From: an uncultured Desulfobacter sp.
Lineage (GTDB): Bacteria > Desulfobacterota > Desulfobacteria > Desulfobacterales > Desulfobacteraceae
NCBI GenBank assembly: GCA_963665095.1
Contig: OY762069.1
Coordinates: forward strand, 4,832,001 to 4,896,000
Reading direction: 5' to 3'
Length of the DNA stretch: 64,000 nt
Made by a program: the position numbers and the translations under genes. Of the stretch, positions 51,616 to 61,521 are shown one piece after another; within the stretch, counting starts at the first letter, position 1; each line of letters opens with the position of its first letter. The notes below the pieces were generated by a model that did no database searches, was not told the DNA's origin, and worked only from the letters and a program-made list of their open reading frames with translations.

Positions 51616-52548
51616 ATGAAATCAAAAGAGCAGATATTGCGGTCCAGAGCATGGTGGTCAGTTATGAAACGCATTTTCGCAGTTTGGTTTTTTACTGTGG
51701 CACTGTCCTGCGTGCCGGACCTGTCATGTGCAATGGATGTCCGTTATCCCAAGCCTGAGTCAGAAGGTGACACACGCTATACCTATCACATTGCACTGCT
51801 CAGGCAGGCATGTGAAAAAACAGCTGACAAATATGGAAAAGTCAATATCATACCGGCTGACAAAACAATGAATGAGCTTCGCATGGTTAAACTGCTCATG
51901 GAGGGGAGTTTCGACATTGATGTGGTTTTCAAGCCCACGTCAAAGGATCTCGAATCCCGGCTTAATCCGGTACGGATACCTCTTGATAAGGGGCTTCTTG
52001 GGTGGCGGATATTTTTAATTAAAAAGGAAAATCAGCCTAAATTTTCAAGTGTCAGGACCATTGACCAGTTTAAAAAATTGAGCGTGGGGCAGGCCCGGGG
52101 CTGGGGCGACATCGCTATTTATGAGCATAACGGGATTAAGGTCGCCAAAGGGCCGGATTTCGAAAGTATGTTCAGCATGTTGCTCAGCGACCGGTTTGAT
52201 TATTTCGCCAGGGGGGTGGAGGAGGCCCCCCGCGAATTGGAGGACCGCCGGGAAAAGATGCCGGAACTGCATATTGAAGAGAGCATTGTTCTTCACTATC
52301 CTTTTGTCCGCTACATGTGGGTGGCCAACAGCCCTAAAGGAGACATGCTGAGGGCGCGTATCACCAAAGGGCTGGAGATCATGATCCGGGACGGCAGCTT
52401 TGAAAAGGCCTTTATACGATTTAAAGAGGATATTCTCAAAAAGGTTAATATGACCGGCCGCAGGGTGTTTGAACTGGAAAACCCTTTCCTGCCGGATACA
52501 GTGGATCTGAACCGGACCGAATTATGGTATAAGCCTTTATACCCTTAG
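51616..52548 (+). CDS. Periplasmic solute-binding protein, family 3-like (likely start 51664)
   Basis: Signal-like MKRIFAVW, VRIPLDKGLLGWR, GWGD, RFDYFARG. Confidence 0.75.
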   Translation: MKSKEQILRSRAWWSVMKRIFAVWFFTVALSCVPDLSCAMDVRYPKPESEGDTRYTYHIALLRQACEKTADKYGKVNIIPADKTMNELRMVKLLMEGSFDIDVVFKPTSKDLESRLNPVRIPLDKGLLGWRIFLIKKENQPKFSSVRTIDQFKKLSVGQARGWGDIAIYEHNGIKVAKGPDFESMFSMLLSDRFDYFARGVEEAPRELEDRREKMPELHIEESIVLHYPFVRYMWVANSPKGDMLRARITKGLEIMIRDGSFEKAFIRFKEDILKKVNMTGRRVFELENPFLPDTVDLNRTELWYKPLYP

Positions 52549-52653
52549 GGTGTTCCTTGGTTGATGGGCATAGGTCCGGTTTTCGTTCAGGCACTATGTG
52601 TGAAACATAAAATATCAGTCCTTCAGGATATCTGTTTTAACGGATGACAATAA

Positions 52654-54078
52654 ATGCTTTCTCAGGTTAGAAAAAAAGTTGCAGTTAAGCTGGCGTTCAT
52701 CCTTGTTTTAGCAGGTGTGATAATCAGTTCCCTTGCTATAATAATTATGACCGACGACAGTAAAAAAACATTGACGGGGTATTTGAACAGTTCTTTGTCA
52801 AATGCCGTAAATTTTTCTGAGTTTGTTTATTCTCAGCCACTGTGGGACCTTCACCATAAAGAGGTGACCCGCATGAATAAAATAATTTTACAAAATGAAA
52901 TGATCGTTGCAGTGAATATCTTTGACTCAAATCACTTTTTCAGCGGTCTGAAAAAAGTGACACCTGAAAAAAGAGCAGAAAAAGCCCTCGCCACGATCCA
53001 GCCCCTGGAGGAACCTTTCACCATTAACCCCGACAATACGGGTGATATAGAAAAAATTTCAGGAGAGATCCTCCATGAGAACGACCCTATCGGAAAATTT
53101 GAACTGTTTTACACAAAAGAATTTATTAATGATGCGGTTGCTTCTTTTAACATAAAGCTTTTGACCGCATTCCTTGTAAACGGTTTGCTGTTTATTGTTA
53201 TTATTTTTATTGCCGTAACCATAATAAATAAGCCCATTGTTGAGCTGGCGAGAGTTGCCCAGGGATTTATCCGGGAAAAGAATTTTCTATTTTCCATTAA
53301 GAAAAAAAAACGGAATGACGAAATCGGCCTGCTTTATAATGCGTTTGCCGATATGATCGCTCATGTCAAGGAGAAGGAAAAAGAGAGCATATATCTTCAG
53401 GCTCAAATGGAAAAAAACGTTCATCGTTTCAAAGATCTTTTTGATACACTGCAGGATGCCATTGATCATGAGCAGTACGCAAAAAGACTTATCCCTTCCT
53501 CGGATCAGGATGAGCTGTGCATGTCGTTAAATACCATGCTCAAAAAGCTCGAACTGGCAGATAATACCATGAAAAACTATGGGTGGCTGAAAAACGGCCT
53601 GGCTGAATTGAGTCGGACTATCAGCGGCGAACAGGATATTACGGGGCTTTCAGTCCAGGCTGTAACATTTATCGCCAATTATATTCAGGCCCGGGTCGGG
53701 GCGCTGTTTGTTCTTGATGACACCAGTCAGACCTATTGCCTGACAGCCGGCTTTGCCTTGAATGCCAGGGAGATAAAAAATTCAGAAGTCAGGGCGGGAG
53801 AAGGGTTGGCAGGACAGGTTGTTTTACAGAAAAAAATAGTGATTTTGGATACTGTCCCTCAGGGTTATTTCCACATTAAATCTTCTTTGATAGATGACCC
53901 CCCTAAAGCCATTGCCATTGTTCCTCTCGTATACGAAGAAAGAGTTAGCGGGATTCTTGAACTTGGGACCGCCACACCTTTTTCGGAAGCACAGATCGAA
54001 TTTCTCGAATCAGCCGGAGAATCTTTGGCTGTTGCATTTAATTCTTTAAGAGCCAGGAAAGAACCTTTTAAAGCCTGA
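52654..54078 (+). CDS. Membrane sensor-like protein: TM-periplasmic-TM-HAMP-GAF, no output domain
   Basis: Two TM helices, KPIVEL...NDEIGLL...F..M HAMP, WLKNGLAEL, GEGLAGQV and PLVYEERVSGILELG GAF. Confidence 0.78.
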   Translation: MLSQVRKKVAVKLAFILVLAGVIISSLAIIIMTDDSKKTLTGYLNSSLSNAVNFSEFVYSQPLWDLHHKEVTRMNKIILQNEMIVAVNIFDSNHFFSGLKKVTPEKRAEKALATIQPLEEPFTINPDNTGDIEKISGEILHENDPIGKFELFYTKEFINDAVASFNIKLLTAFLVNGLLFIVIIFIAVTIINKPIVELARVAQGFIREKNFLFSIKKKKRNDEIGLLYNAFADMIAHVKEKEKESIYLQAQMEKNVHRFKDLFDTLQDAIDHEQYAKRLIPSSDQDELCMSLNTMLKKLELADNTMKNYGWLKNGLAELSRTISGEQDITGLSVQAVTFIANYIQARVGALFVLDDTSQTYCLTAGFALNAREIKNSEVRAGEGLAGQVVLQKKIVILDTVPQGYFHIKSSLIDDPPKAIAIVPLVYEERVSGILELGTATPFSEAQIEFLESAGESLAVAFNSLRARKEPFKA

Positions 54079-54129
54079 CCAACCCGGCGGTGTACAGAAT
54101 TGCTTTGGGCATACAGTGCGGGACCGGCT

Positions 54130-54909
54130 TTATTTCGATAGCGGATTATAAATATTGTCATCCATAATTTGTTTGATGACATTGGACTTATGTAATCGTG
54201 TCAGGGCCAGATCAGTCTGGGTTCTGACAAATTGCGGGACGTTTCTGTTATAAGCGATATGAAACCGGGAAACGCTGAAGGGTGTTTGCGCACAGTCAAT
54301 TTTATCGGCAAGTCCAAGCCCCTTGATAACAGTTCCCGTTCTGATAATATTGTCAACAATGGCGTCAATCCTGCCCAATAAAAGCAGTTTCACATTGGTT
54401 TCATCATCAGATGCCGGTTCCACTCTAATTCCTGGAATACTGGTATCCTTCAGGTATGGATATCCCAGAACGACGCCGACCTTTTTACCTTTAAATGATT
54501 CAGGTCCCTGATAGTCAAATATATTGTTCCGGTTCATCCAGACAACTGCAGGGATACTGTATATTTCCTTTTTACTGAAAATCAGTCCCATCTCTTCTCT
54601 ATCTTTTGAATAGATCAGGCCGAAATATGCATCGTATTTGTTGTTAAGTATATCGTTGATGCATCTTTTAATGGGAATTTCTCCAAATTCAGTGAGTTTG
54701 TACCTGAATTTTATCTTATCGTCTTCCAGCTCACGGTTCAGCGCTTCTAAAACCTTGAGCCTGAACCCCTGAAGGTTGCCGTTTTTATCAAGCCAGAACT
54801 GACCGGCTGATTTGTATACCGGCAGTTTAATAATTGTAGTCTGTGCCATAACACTGCCTGCAGTAATAATCAGGAACAGAACTAACGTGATGGAAACGGC
54901 TTGTTTCAT
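54130..54909 (-). CDS. Periplasmic solute-binding protein, family 3
   Basis: Signal peptide, KGKKVGVVLGY, LLLGRIDA. Confidence 0.8.
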   Translation of the reverse strand: MKQAVSITLVLFLIITAGSVMAQTTIIKLPVYKSAGQFWLDKNGNLQGFRLKVLEALNRELEDDKIKFRYKLTEFGEIPIKRCINDILNNKYDAYFGLIYSKDREEMGLIFSKKEIYSIPAVVWMNRNNIFDYQGPESFKGKKVGVVLGYPYLKDTSIPGIRVEPASDDETNVKLLLLGRIDAIVDNIIRTGTVIKGLGLADKIDCAQTPFSVSRFHIAYNRNVPQFVRTQTDLALTRLHKSNVIKQIMDDNIYNPLSK

Positions 54910-55146
54910 TCTTTTTCCCCCTTTAAAGTAAAGGCAACGTTCAGGTCTGAATTTAAGCAGGGCTTAAGAAACAGCTTGATACCGAAAACCCTCCCTTTCC
55001 TGCGGCAGTTTGCAATGGAGGCGAATAAGAAAAATCAGGAACAGTAAAAAAGAGAGCTTCCCATACAAATTTTTAAGAATACATAGATATTAACGCGAAA
55101 TCGGCCATGATACAAATAAAATATTTGTCTGTATTTCTAATTAAGA

Positions 55147-55647
55147 CTATTCGGATGATCCTCTGGGGTGAAATGATCCGCCAAGGCGAGAAACCTCTTT
55201 CAGGACATTCTGAACAAGGTCATCAATCCGACCCTCAATCTCCGGCGTCAGGTGTTCGCTTAAACTTTCGAGATTCTTGGGCTCAATACCGATGATGGTG
55301 GTGTCAGGTACATGATCCAGGGCGTTGCAGAGGGTGAGCGCCTCAATGAGATCCACCTGGTGCAGGGAATTTTTGGCCAGAATTCTGTTGGGGATCTGAT
55401 CATGTTCCAGGCGGTGAAGGTCTCCCGGGTTTCCGTGGTTGAGTACGGTGTCCACCACAATAAGCCGGCCGGCATTTGAGATGACGCCTAATAAATTGAC
55501 ACCAAGTACCCCGCCGTCCACAATATCCACGTTATCGGAAAATTCATACTCTCGTTCTAGTTTTTCAACGACCCGGATACCTACGCCATCATCACTGTAA
55601 AGAATATTGCCAACGCCTAAGACCGTTATATTATTGATGTCCACCAT
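55147..55647 (-). CDS. Hydrogenase maturation protease (HyaD/HybD family)
   Basis: LGVGNILYSDDGVG, VDGG, SLHQ. Confidence 0.93.
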   Translation of the reverse strand: MVDINNITVLGVGNILYSDDGVGIRVVEKLEREYEFSDNVDIVDGGVLGVNLLGVISNAGRLIVVDTVLNHGNPGDLHRLEHDQIPNRILAKNSLHQVDLIEALTLCNALDHVPDTTIIGIEPKNLESLSEHLTPEIEGRIDDLVQNVLKEVSRLGGSFHPRGSSE

Positions 55648-55670
55648 ATTATGTCCTGCTTAAAAAGTTT

Positions 55671-55700
55671 AGGGTTCCGGCATTATAGTGCCGGAACCCT
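55671..55700. terminator. Intergenic stem-loop between the hydrogenase large subunit and the protease
   Basis: AGGGTTCCGGCA / TGCCGGAACCCT. Confidence 0.7.
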
Positions 55701-55726
55701 GATTATTCAACCATCTGCCTGACAGA

Positions 55727-57364
55727 CTACACCACTTTTACCTCATAGGTCTGGTTGGTATGAGGATCAATCACATGAATGGCGCATGCAATGCACGGGT
55801 CATAGGAGTGAACGGTCCGCAGTACTTCCAGGGGCTGTGACGGATCAGCAATGGGGGTGCCGATCAGGGATTTTTCCACAGGACCTTTCTGGTTGTTGGC
55901 ATCGCTGGGGCCAAGGTTCCAGGTGGAGGGGACCACATACTGGTAATTTTTGATTTTACCGCCATCAATATCGATCCAGTGGCCCAACGCCCCGCGGGGA
56001 ACATCATTAAGGCCATATCCACGGCCTTTGTCCGGCATGGTCCAGGGCTGGTAGGTCTTTTTGTTGCCTGCGGCAATATTGGATTTAAGGGTTTCAATCC
56101 AGCCTTCCATGGCATCTGAGATAACCACGGTTTCCAGGCCGCGGGCTGCGGTTCTGCCCAGGGTGGAGAACAGAGCTTCTTTGCCGACGCCAAGGGTTTT
56201 CAGCGTGTAATTAACCAGTTTTTTTACATGATCCTGGCCCTGGGCATAGGCAACCAGAACCCGGGACAGCGGTCCGACTTCCGCAGACTTGCCTGCGTAT
56301 CTCGGGGCCTTGATCCAGGAGTACTTATCATCGGTGTTATAGGTGACTTCGCCCTGGATCGGTTTGGTCTCTCCATCAAACGGGTGTTTTGCCTCGCCTT
56401 TTTCATACCAGGCCCTGGTGACATCTTCGGTAATCTGGTTGGTGTCAACGGTGGCGTAGGAAAGGGCATCATCAACGATGCCGCTGGGCAGCAGGAGATC
56501 GTCATCCACATTTTTCTGGGGGAAGTCCCCGTATGCCAGATAGGTGTCGTTGTTACCGCCGATGGCACCCCAGTCCTTATAGAAAGAGGCCACTGCCAGC
56601 AGATCCGGAATGTAGACTTCATCAACAAAGGCCTTGGTCTCTTTCCAGATGGCCGTGTATTCGTCAATTCTTTCCGGGTTCAGGTCCTTAACACTGGTGA
56701 TACCGCCGACAACCAGAGACTGGGGATGGGGGTTTTTGCCGCCGAATATGGCGTGCATGCGGGCGGCTTTGGCCTGCAGCTTAAGCGCTTCCAGATAATG
56801 GGAGGCTGCCATGAGGTTGGCTTCTGCCGGCAGGTTATAGGCCGGATGGCCCCAGTATGCATTGTTAAAGGGACCGAGCTGACCGCTGTTGACAAAGGTT
56901 TTCAGCTTGGTCTGGACTTCTTTGAAGTAATCGGAATTCTGGGGTCTGCCGGAAACGTTCTCGGACAGTTTGGCGGTTTTGGCAGGATCTGCGGACAGGG
57001 CACTGACAATGTCCACCCAGTCCAGGGCATGCAGATGATAAAAGTGAACAATATGGTCATGCTGGAACTGGCTGCCGTGAAGCAGGTTCCGAATGATCCG
57101 TGCGTTTTCCGGGATCTCTATGTTGCAGGCCATTTCAACGGCCCGTACAGAGGCCAGTGCATGCACATAGGTGCACACCCCGCAGGAGCGCTGTACAAAA
57201 TGGTGGGCATCTCTGGGATCGCGGCCCTGGAGCATCATCTCAATACCCCTGAACATCTGGCCCGAACTCCAGGCATCGACGACCTTGCCGTTTTCAACTT
57301 CCACCTCAATTCTGAGATGGCCCTCAATTCTGGTAATGGGATCAACAATAATTCTTTTACCCAT
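55727..57364 (-). CDS. Group 1 [NiFe] hydrogenase large subunit
   Basis: DPITRIEGH, L1 RSCGVC, L2 DPCIACAIH with cleavable C-terminal tail. Confidence 0.97.
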   Translation of the reverse strand: MGKRIIVDPITRIEGHLRIEVEVENGKVVDAWSSGQMFRGIEMMLQGRDPRDAHHFVQRSCGVCTYVHALASVRAVEMACNIEIPENARIIRNLLHGSQFQHDHIVHFYHLHALDWVDIVSALSADPAKTAKLSENVSGRPQNSDYFKEVQTKLKTFVNSGQLGPFNNAYWGHPAYNLPAEANLMAASHYLEALKLQAKAARMHAIFGGKNPHPQSLVVGGITSVKDLNPERIDEYTAIWKETKAFVDEVYIPDLLAVASFYKDWGAIGGNNDTYLAYGDFPQKNVDDDLLLPSGIVDDALSYATVDTNQITEDVTRAWYEKGEAKHPFDGETKPIQGEVTYNTDDKYSWIKAPRYAGKSAEVGPLSRVLVAYAQGQDHVKKLVNYTLKTLGVGKEALFSTLGRTAARGLETVVISDAMEGWIETLKSNIAAGNKKTYQPWTMPDKGRGYGLNDVPRGALGHWIDIDGGKIKNYQYVVPSTWNLGPSDANNQKGPVEKSLIGTPIADPSQPLEVLRTVHSYDPCIACAIHVIDPHTNQTYEVKVV

Positions 57365-57428
57365 AATAATATCCTTTCACATCAAACATGTTGAATTTTA
57401 GATTCTAAATGATGGTCCGCGTGTGTTT

Positions 57429-58370
57429 CTACATCTCTTCATAGAACGGTGTCATGTTGTCCCAGAAGTCCGGTTCACTGCAGCCAATGCAGGGGTGACC
57501 GGCCTGGATGGGAAAACTTGTGCCGTCGTTGAACTTCGCGGTGGGGCAATTATTATAGGTTTCAGGACCCTTACAGCCCATTTTGTAAAGACAGTATCCA
57601 AGCTCCGCTTCTTTGGAGCCGAATTCTTCCACAAATTTGCCTTCTTCATAGAAGTCCAGGCGCGGGCAGTTGTCATGAACGGTTTCGCCGTATGCGAACA
57701 TGGGTCTGCCGTAATCGTCAAGTTCTATCTCTTCATTATTCAGATACTTGACGATGGTACCAAGCAGGTTTAATGGGTTGAAAGGACAGCCGGGCAGGTT
57801 GATGGTGTCAATGCCGATGGCGTCTTTTACACCTTTATATCCGCCGGGATTCGGGGCGGCTGCAGACACACCACCATAGGCTGAACAGGTGCCTACACAG
57901 ATGGTGGCAGCTGCTTTGGGGATCACTTCCTTGGCAATGTCAAGGAATGTTTTTCCGGCCACTTTACCGTAAGCGCCGTTGTAACTGGTTGCGATGGCAC
58001 CTTCCACAACGCAGACAAATTTGCCGTTGTATTTCTCAACCGCTTCGTGCAAATTTTTTTCAGCCTGGTGACCGGCCGCAGCCATGATGGTTTCATGGTA
58101 TTCCACGGAAATGGTCTCCAGGATAATGCCGCCGACATCCGGCGTTCTTAAGAAAGCCTCTGAACAGCCGGTGCATTCAGAGAAGTGAAGCCATACCACC
58201 GGGGGACGTATTGCAGCCGCTTTCTCAATCTGCTCGGCTACCTGTCCCACACAGGAGTACGACAAGCCCATGGTTGCAGTCAGGGCCGTGCAGTACTTGA
58301 GAAAATCTCTTCTTGAGACCCCTTTTGATTCCAATACTTCATAAAACTTCTTGCTGGGATTTGTTTCCAT
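57429..58370 (-). CDS. Periplasmic [NiFe] hydrogenase small subunit
   Basis: Tat signal SRRDFLK, ECTGCSE, PGCP, HDNC...CLYKMGCKGP, HPCIGC; no C-terminal anchor; ATG follows GGAGG. Confidence 0.95.
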   Translation of the reverse strand: METNPSKKFYEVLESKGVSRRDFLKYCTALTATMGLSYSCVGQVAEQIEKAAAIRPPVVWLHFSECTGCSEAFLRTPDVGGIILETISVEYHETIMAAAGHQAEKNLHEAVEKYNGKFVCVVEGAIATSYNGAYGKVAGKTFLDIAKEVIPKAAATICVGTCSAYGGVSAAAPNPGGYKGVKDAIGIDTINLPGCPFNPLNLLGTIVKYLNNEEIELDDYGRPMFAYGETVHDNCPRLDFYEEGKFVEEFGSKEAELGYCLYKMGCKGPETYNNCPTAKFNDGTSFPIQAGHPCIGCSEPDFWDNMTPFYEEM

Positions 58371-58804
58371 AGCACCTCCATTGGTCGCTGTTATGATTTC
58401 AATCATAAATTGGGTTTATTATTCTAGGTTAGGTTCATTCGCTATAGCAAATTGATTGTTTAAATCTATATGATGAAAATAGATTGAATATCTCTATTTC
58501 TAAAATTTATAAAAACTGGCAGATCTCTTTTTGTGGGGGCAATATGGGATAGGTGTCAAATATTGACTTTTAACAGGCGCATTTTTGCTTGACTTCACAC
58601 TGTTTTATATATAGTAAAGTTACCTTATAAAGATATGCATAGCAAACAAATATATATAATATAATAAAATAGTTCGTTTGATATATTTGAAAGGGCATAT
58701 TAACTTAAGGTTGGCCTTTGAACTATGGCTGCAGAAAATCTGTTTGTGACCATCAGGGCGACATAGAAACAAGATGTAACTTTTTATTTATAAATGGGTT
58801 TTCC

Positions 58805-61480
58805 ATGCTTAAAGTAAAGACCAAGTTCCGGCTCCTCTCCTCACTGCACATGCTGATCCCGGTATTTATTATTGCTTTTTTTTCCAGAAATGCCACCTTT
58901 TTTTATGAATCTGAATTCCAGATCGGCCTGACCATCTGCCTGGGCCTGATCCTTTTCAACATCATGTTCAGTCCCCTCCTTCTTGGGCTTCAATGGCTGT
59001 TTTTCAAACAAATTCAGCAGATCGTTTCCCTATGTTCAGATATAAAGCACGGACGGTACCGGTATTTTGATATCCCCAATGAACCGGTGGAAGCCGGAGA
59101 TGAAAATGAACTGATTTTTTTGATGCGCAACATGAACTGGATGGTCCATCAGATTGAGCGGCGGGAAGAGCTTTTGGAAAGGCAGGTGGCAAGGCGGACC
59201 CGTGAGCTTGAAACTGCCAACGCCGAACTTGTGACGGCCCGGGATGCAGCCAAGGCATCGTCCAATGCGAAAAGCCGGTTTCTGGCTACCATGAGCCATG
59301 AGATCCGCACCCCCATGAATGCCATTATCGGTATGAGCGACCTCATGCTCAAAGCAGGTCTTTCGCCTCAGATGCAGGAGTATGCCGCCATCATTAACAC
59401 CTCATCCAAGGATCTGTTAAAGATCATCAATGACATCCTTGATTTTTCAAAGATAGATGCTGGAAAGCTGGATCTCGAAGTGGTTTCGGTAAATGTCCGC
59501 AATCTCATGGAAGAGGTGGCGGATGTGTTTAAACACGCCCTTGCCCAGAAGTCGGTTGAACTGATCACAGATATCCATGAAAACGTGCCGCGCCTGATCA
59601 AAACGGATCCCCTTCGTTTAAAACAGGTGATGACCAACCTGGTGTCCAATGCCGTAAAGTTCACCCATAAAGGAGATGTACTGATCCGGGTAACAGCCGA
59701 AAGCAAGGTTGATCCAGATGCCTTGTGCCTGAAGTTTTCAATTCAAGACACCGGCATCGGTATGGATCAGCAGGCCATGGATCATCTTTTTAGCGCATTT
59801 ACCCAGGCAGATGAGTCAACCTCCAGAAAATTCGGGGGAACGGGATTGGGGCTTGCCATATCAAAAAATCTGGTGGCGCTGATGGGCGGGCAGATTTCTG
59901 TTACCAGTACAAAGGGAAAAGGGTCGTGTTTTTCCTTTACTGTTCATGCCCAAAGTGTAGCGGAAAGTGATGCACTGCCGGTCTGCCGGAGCTCAGAATT
60001 ATCCGGCCGGCCCGTACTTCTGGCCGTAAAAAATGCCACCACCGGCAGGGTGCTTGACGGCTTTTTATCCTCTTTTGGATTTGACGTCACGTCAGCGTTC
60101 GGCCCGTTGAAAAATGGTGATTTCCCGTCTTCCGGTCGTATGCCGGAAAAATTTGATCTGATGGTACTGGATCTGGACCTGTTTGAGGAATCTGACCTGC
60201 CTGATATATTTACCCGGGCAAGTGCAGATGCATTGCCACCGGTAATTGCCATCGGTGCCATTGGCAGTGGATCGGCCTTGAGCAGGTCTCCATTTATTAG
60301 AACCTTTATTTCAAAGCCTGTGAGGCAGTCCGCTTTGTTTGATTCTGTCATGGAGTTATTCTGTACGGATAAAAAGGCCTCCCGGCCAGATCCTGTCATG
60401 TCCTGTGACAGGTATGCGCTTGAGAATACAAACGTCCTTCTGGTGGAGGATAACCGGATCAACCAGACACTGGCCGTTGAAATCTTAAAGGACCAGGGAG
60501 TTGATACGGTTGTGGTGGGCACCGGTGCCCAGGCGCTTGAACTGCTGCAGGGGCAAACCTTTGACGCCGTGCTCATGGATGTGGGCCTGCCGGATATGGA
60601 CGGATATGAGGCTACAAGGCGTATCCGTCAGCTGGAAACAGCTAAAAGTATTCCAGTGATCGCCATGACTGCCAATGCCCTTGCCCGGGATCGATCCCTT
60701 GGGCTTGAGGCTGGCATGAATGAATATATAACCAAGCCAGTGGATGCCGGCATTCTTTTCAGGGTGTTGTCCGATGTCCTTGATAAACCGGTGATAACTG
60801 ACATCCGGGCTTCAGAAAGCGCAGGTGTTGAAAACAAGGCTGACACCATGGGGGAGTTGCCCGGAATCGATATAAAGGATGCGGTAAAACGACTCAATGG
60901 AAACCAGGCCCTTTTATTTCAGACAGTGGTTGATTATGCCCGGGAAAATCAGAACACCATCCCTGAAATAAAAAAACGGATGCAGAATGGAAACATCACA
61001 GACCTGCTGGCAGCTGTTCACCGGTTCAAAGGGGTCAGCATGAATATATCTGCCGCGTGTCTCGGCCGCCTTCTGGCAGAGTTTGAAAAAAAGATCAAGG
61101 CGGAAAAGGAGACAGATGAACCAGATCTCATGGTGTTTGAAGCGGATTTAATGGATATTACGGTTCAGTTTGAACTGATCTGCCGCACAGCTGAACGTCT
61201 CAGGGAAAAAACAGACACCGTGCCTGAGGTCGCCGTACCTGATTCGGGAGTTGAGGTTGCAGGCCTGGTGACTCCCATGGTTGAAAAAATGGGGCAGCTG
61301 ATTAAGAAAAACAGCCTGGATGCCAAGGCCCATGCCGCTGCGCTTTCAAAAGAGCTGGAAAACACCCCGTTTGCAAAAGATGCCAGTACCCTGGCTCTTC
61401 AGATCAGGCGTTTTGACTTCCCCAACGCCCGTAAAACCTTTGAGCGCCTGGAGGCGGCACTTTTGAAACAACCGGCATAA
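58805..61480 (+). CDS. Hybrid sensor histidine kinase (TM, HAMP-like, HisKA, HATPase, pseudo-REC, REC, Hpt)
   Basis: MSHEIRTPMN, NLVSNAVKF, DTGIG, GGTGLGL, LMDVGLP, HRFKG. Confidence 0.93.
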   Translation: MLKVKTKFRLLSSLHMLIPVFIIAFFSRNATFFYESEFQIGLTICLGLILFNIMFSPLLLGLQWLFFKQIQQIVSLCSDIKHGRYRYFDIPNEPVEAGDENELIFLMRNMNWMVHQIERREELLERQVARRTRELETANAELVTARDAAKASSNAKSRFLATMSHEIRTPMNAIIGMSDLMLKAGLSPQMQEYAAIINTSSKDLLKIINDILDFSKIDAGKLDLEVVSVNVRNLMEEVADVFKHALAQKSVELITDIHENVPRLIKTDPLRLKQVMTNLVSNAVKFTHKGDVLIRVTAESKVDPDALCLKFSIQDTGIGMDQQAMDHLFSAFTQADESTSRKFGGTGLGLAISKNLVALMGGQISVTSTKGKGSCFSFTVHAQSVAESDALPVCRSSELSGRPVLLAVKNATTGRVLDGFLSSFGFDVTSAFGPLKNGDFPSSGRMPEKFDLMVLDLDLFEESDLPDIFTRASADALPPVIAIGAIGSGSALSRSPFIRTFISKPVRQSALFDSVMELFCTDKKASRPDPVMSCDRYALENTNVLLVEDNRINQTLAVEILKDQGVDTVVVGTGAQALELLQGQTFDAVLMDVGLPDMDGYEATRRIRQLETAKSIPVIAMTANALARDRSLGLEAGMNEYITKPVDAGILFRVLSDVLDKPVITDIRASESAGVENKADTMGELPGIDIKDAVKRLNGNQALLFQTVVDYARENQNTIPEIKKRMQNGNITDLLAAVHRFKGVSMNISAACLGRLLAEFEKKIKAEKETDEPDLMVFEADLMDITVQFELICRTAERLREKTDTVPEVAVPDSGVEVAGLVTPMVEKMGQLIKKNSLDAKAHAAALSKELENTPFAKDASTLALQIRRFDFPNARKTFERLEAALLKQPA

Positions 61481-61521
61481 GTAGATGACAACGAAATGAT
61501 GTTGAAAAAGGATATAAACAC

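Noticed and set aside
55727..57364. Possible [NiFeSe] hydrogenase
   Set aside because: The L2 motif DPCIAC uses Cys codons and there is no in-frame TGA
56228..57394. 388-aa plus-strand ORF
   Set aside because: Antisense shadow of the hydrogenase large subunit with no recognisable motifs
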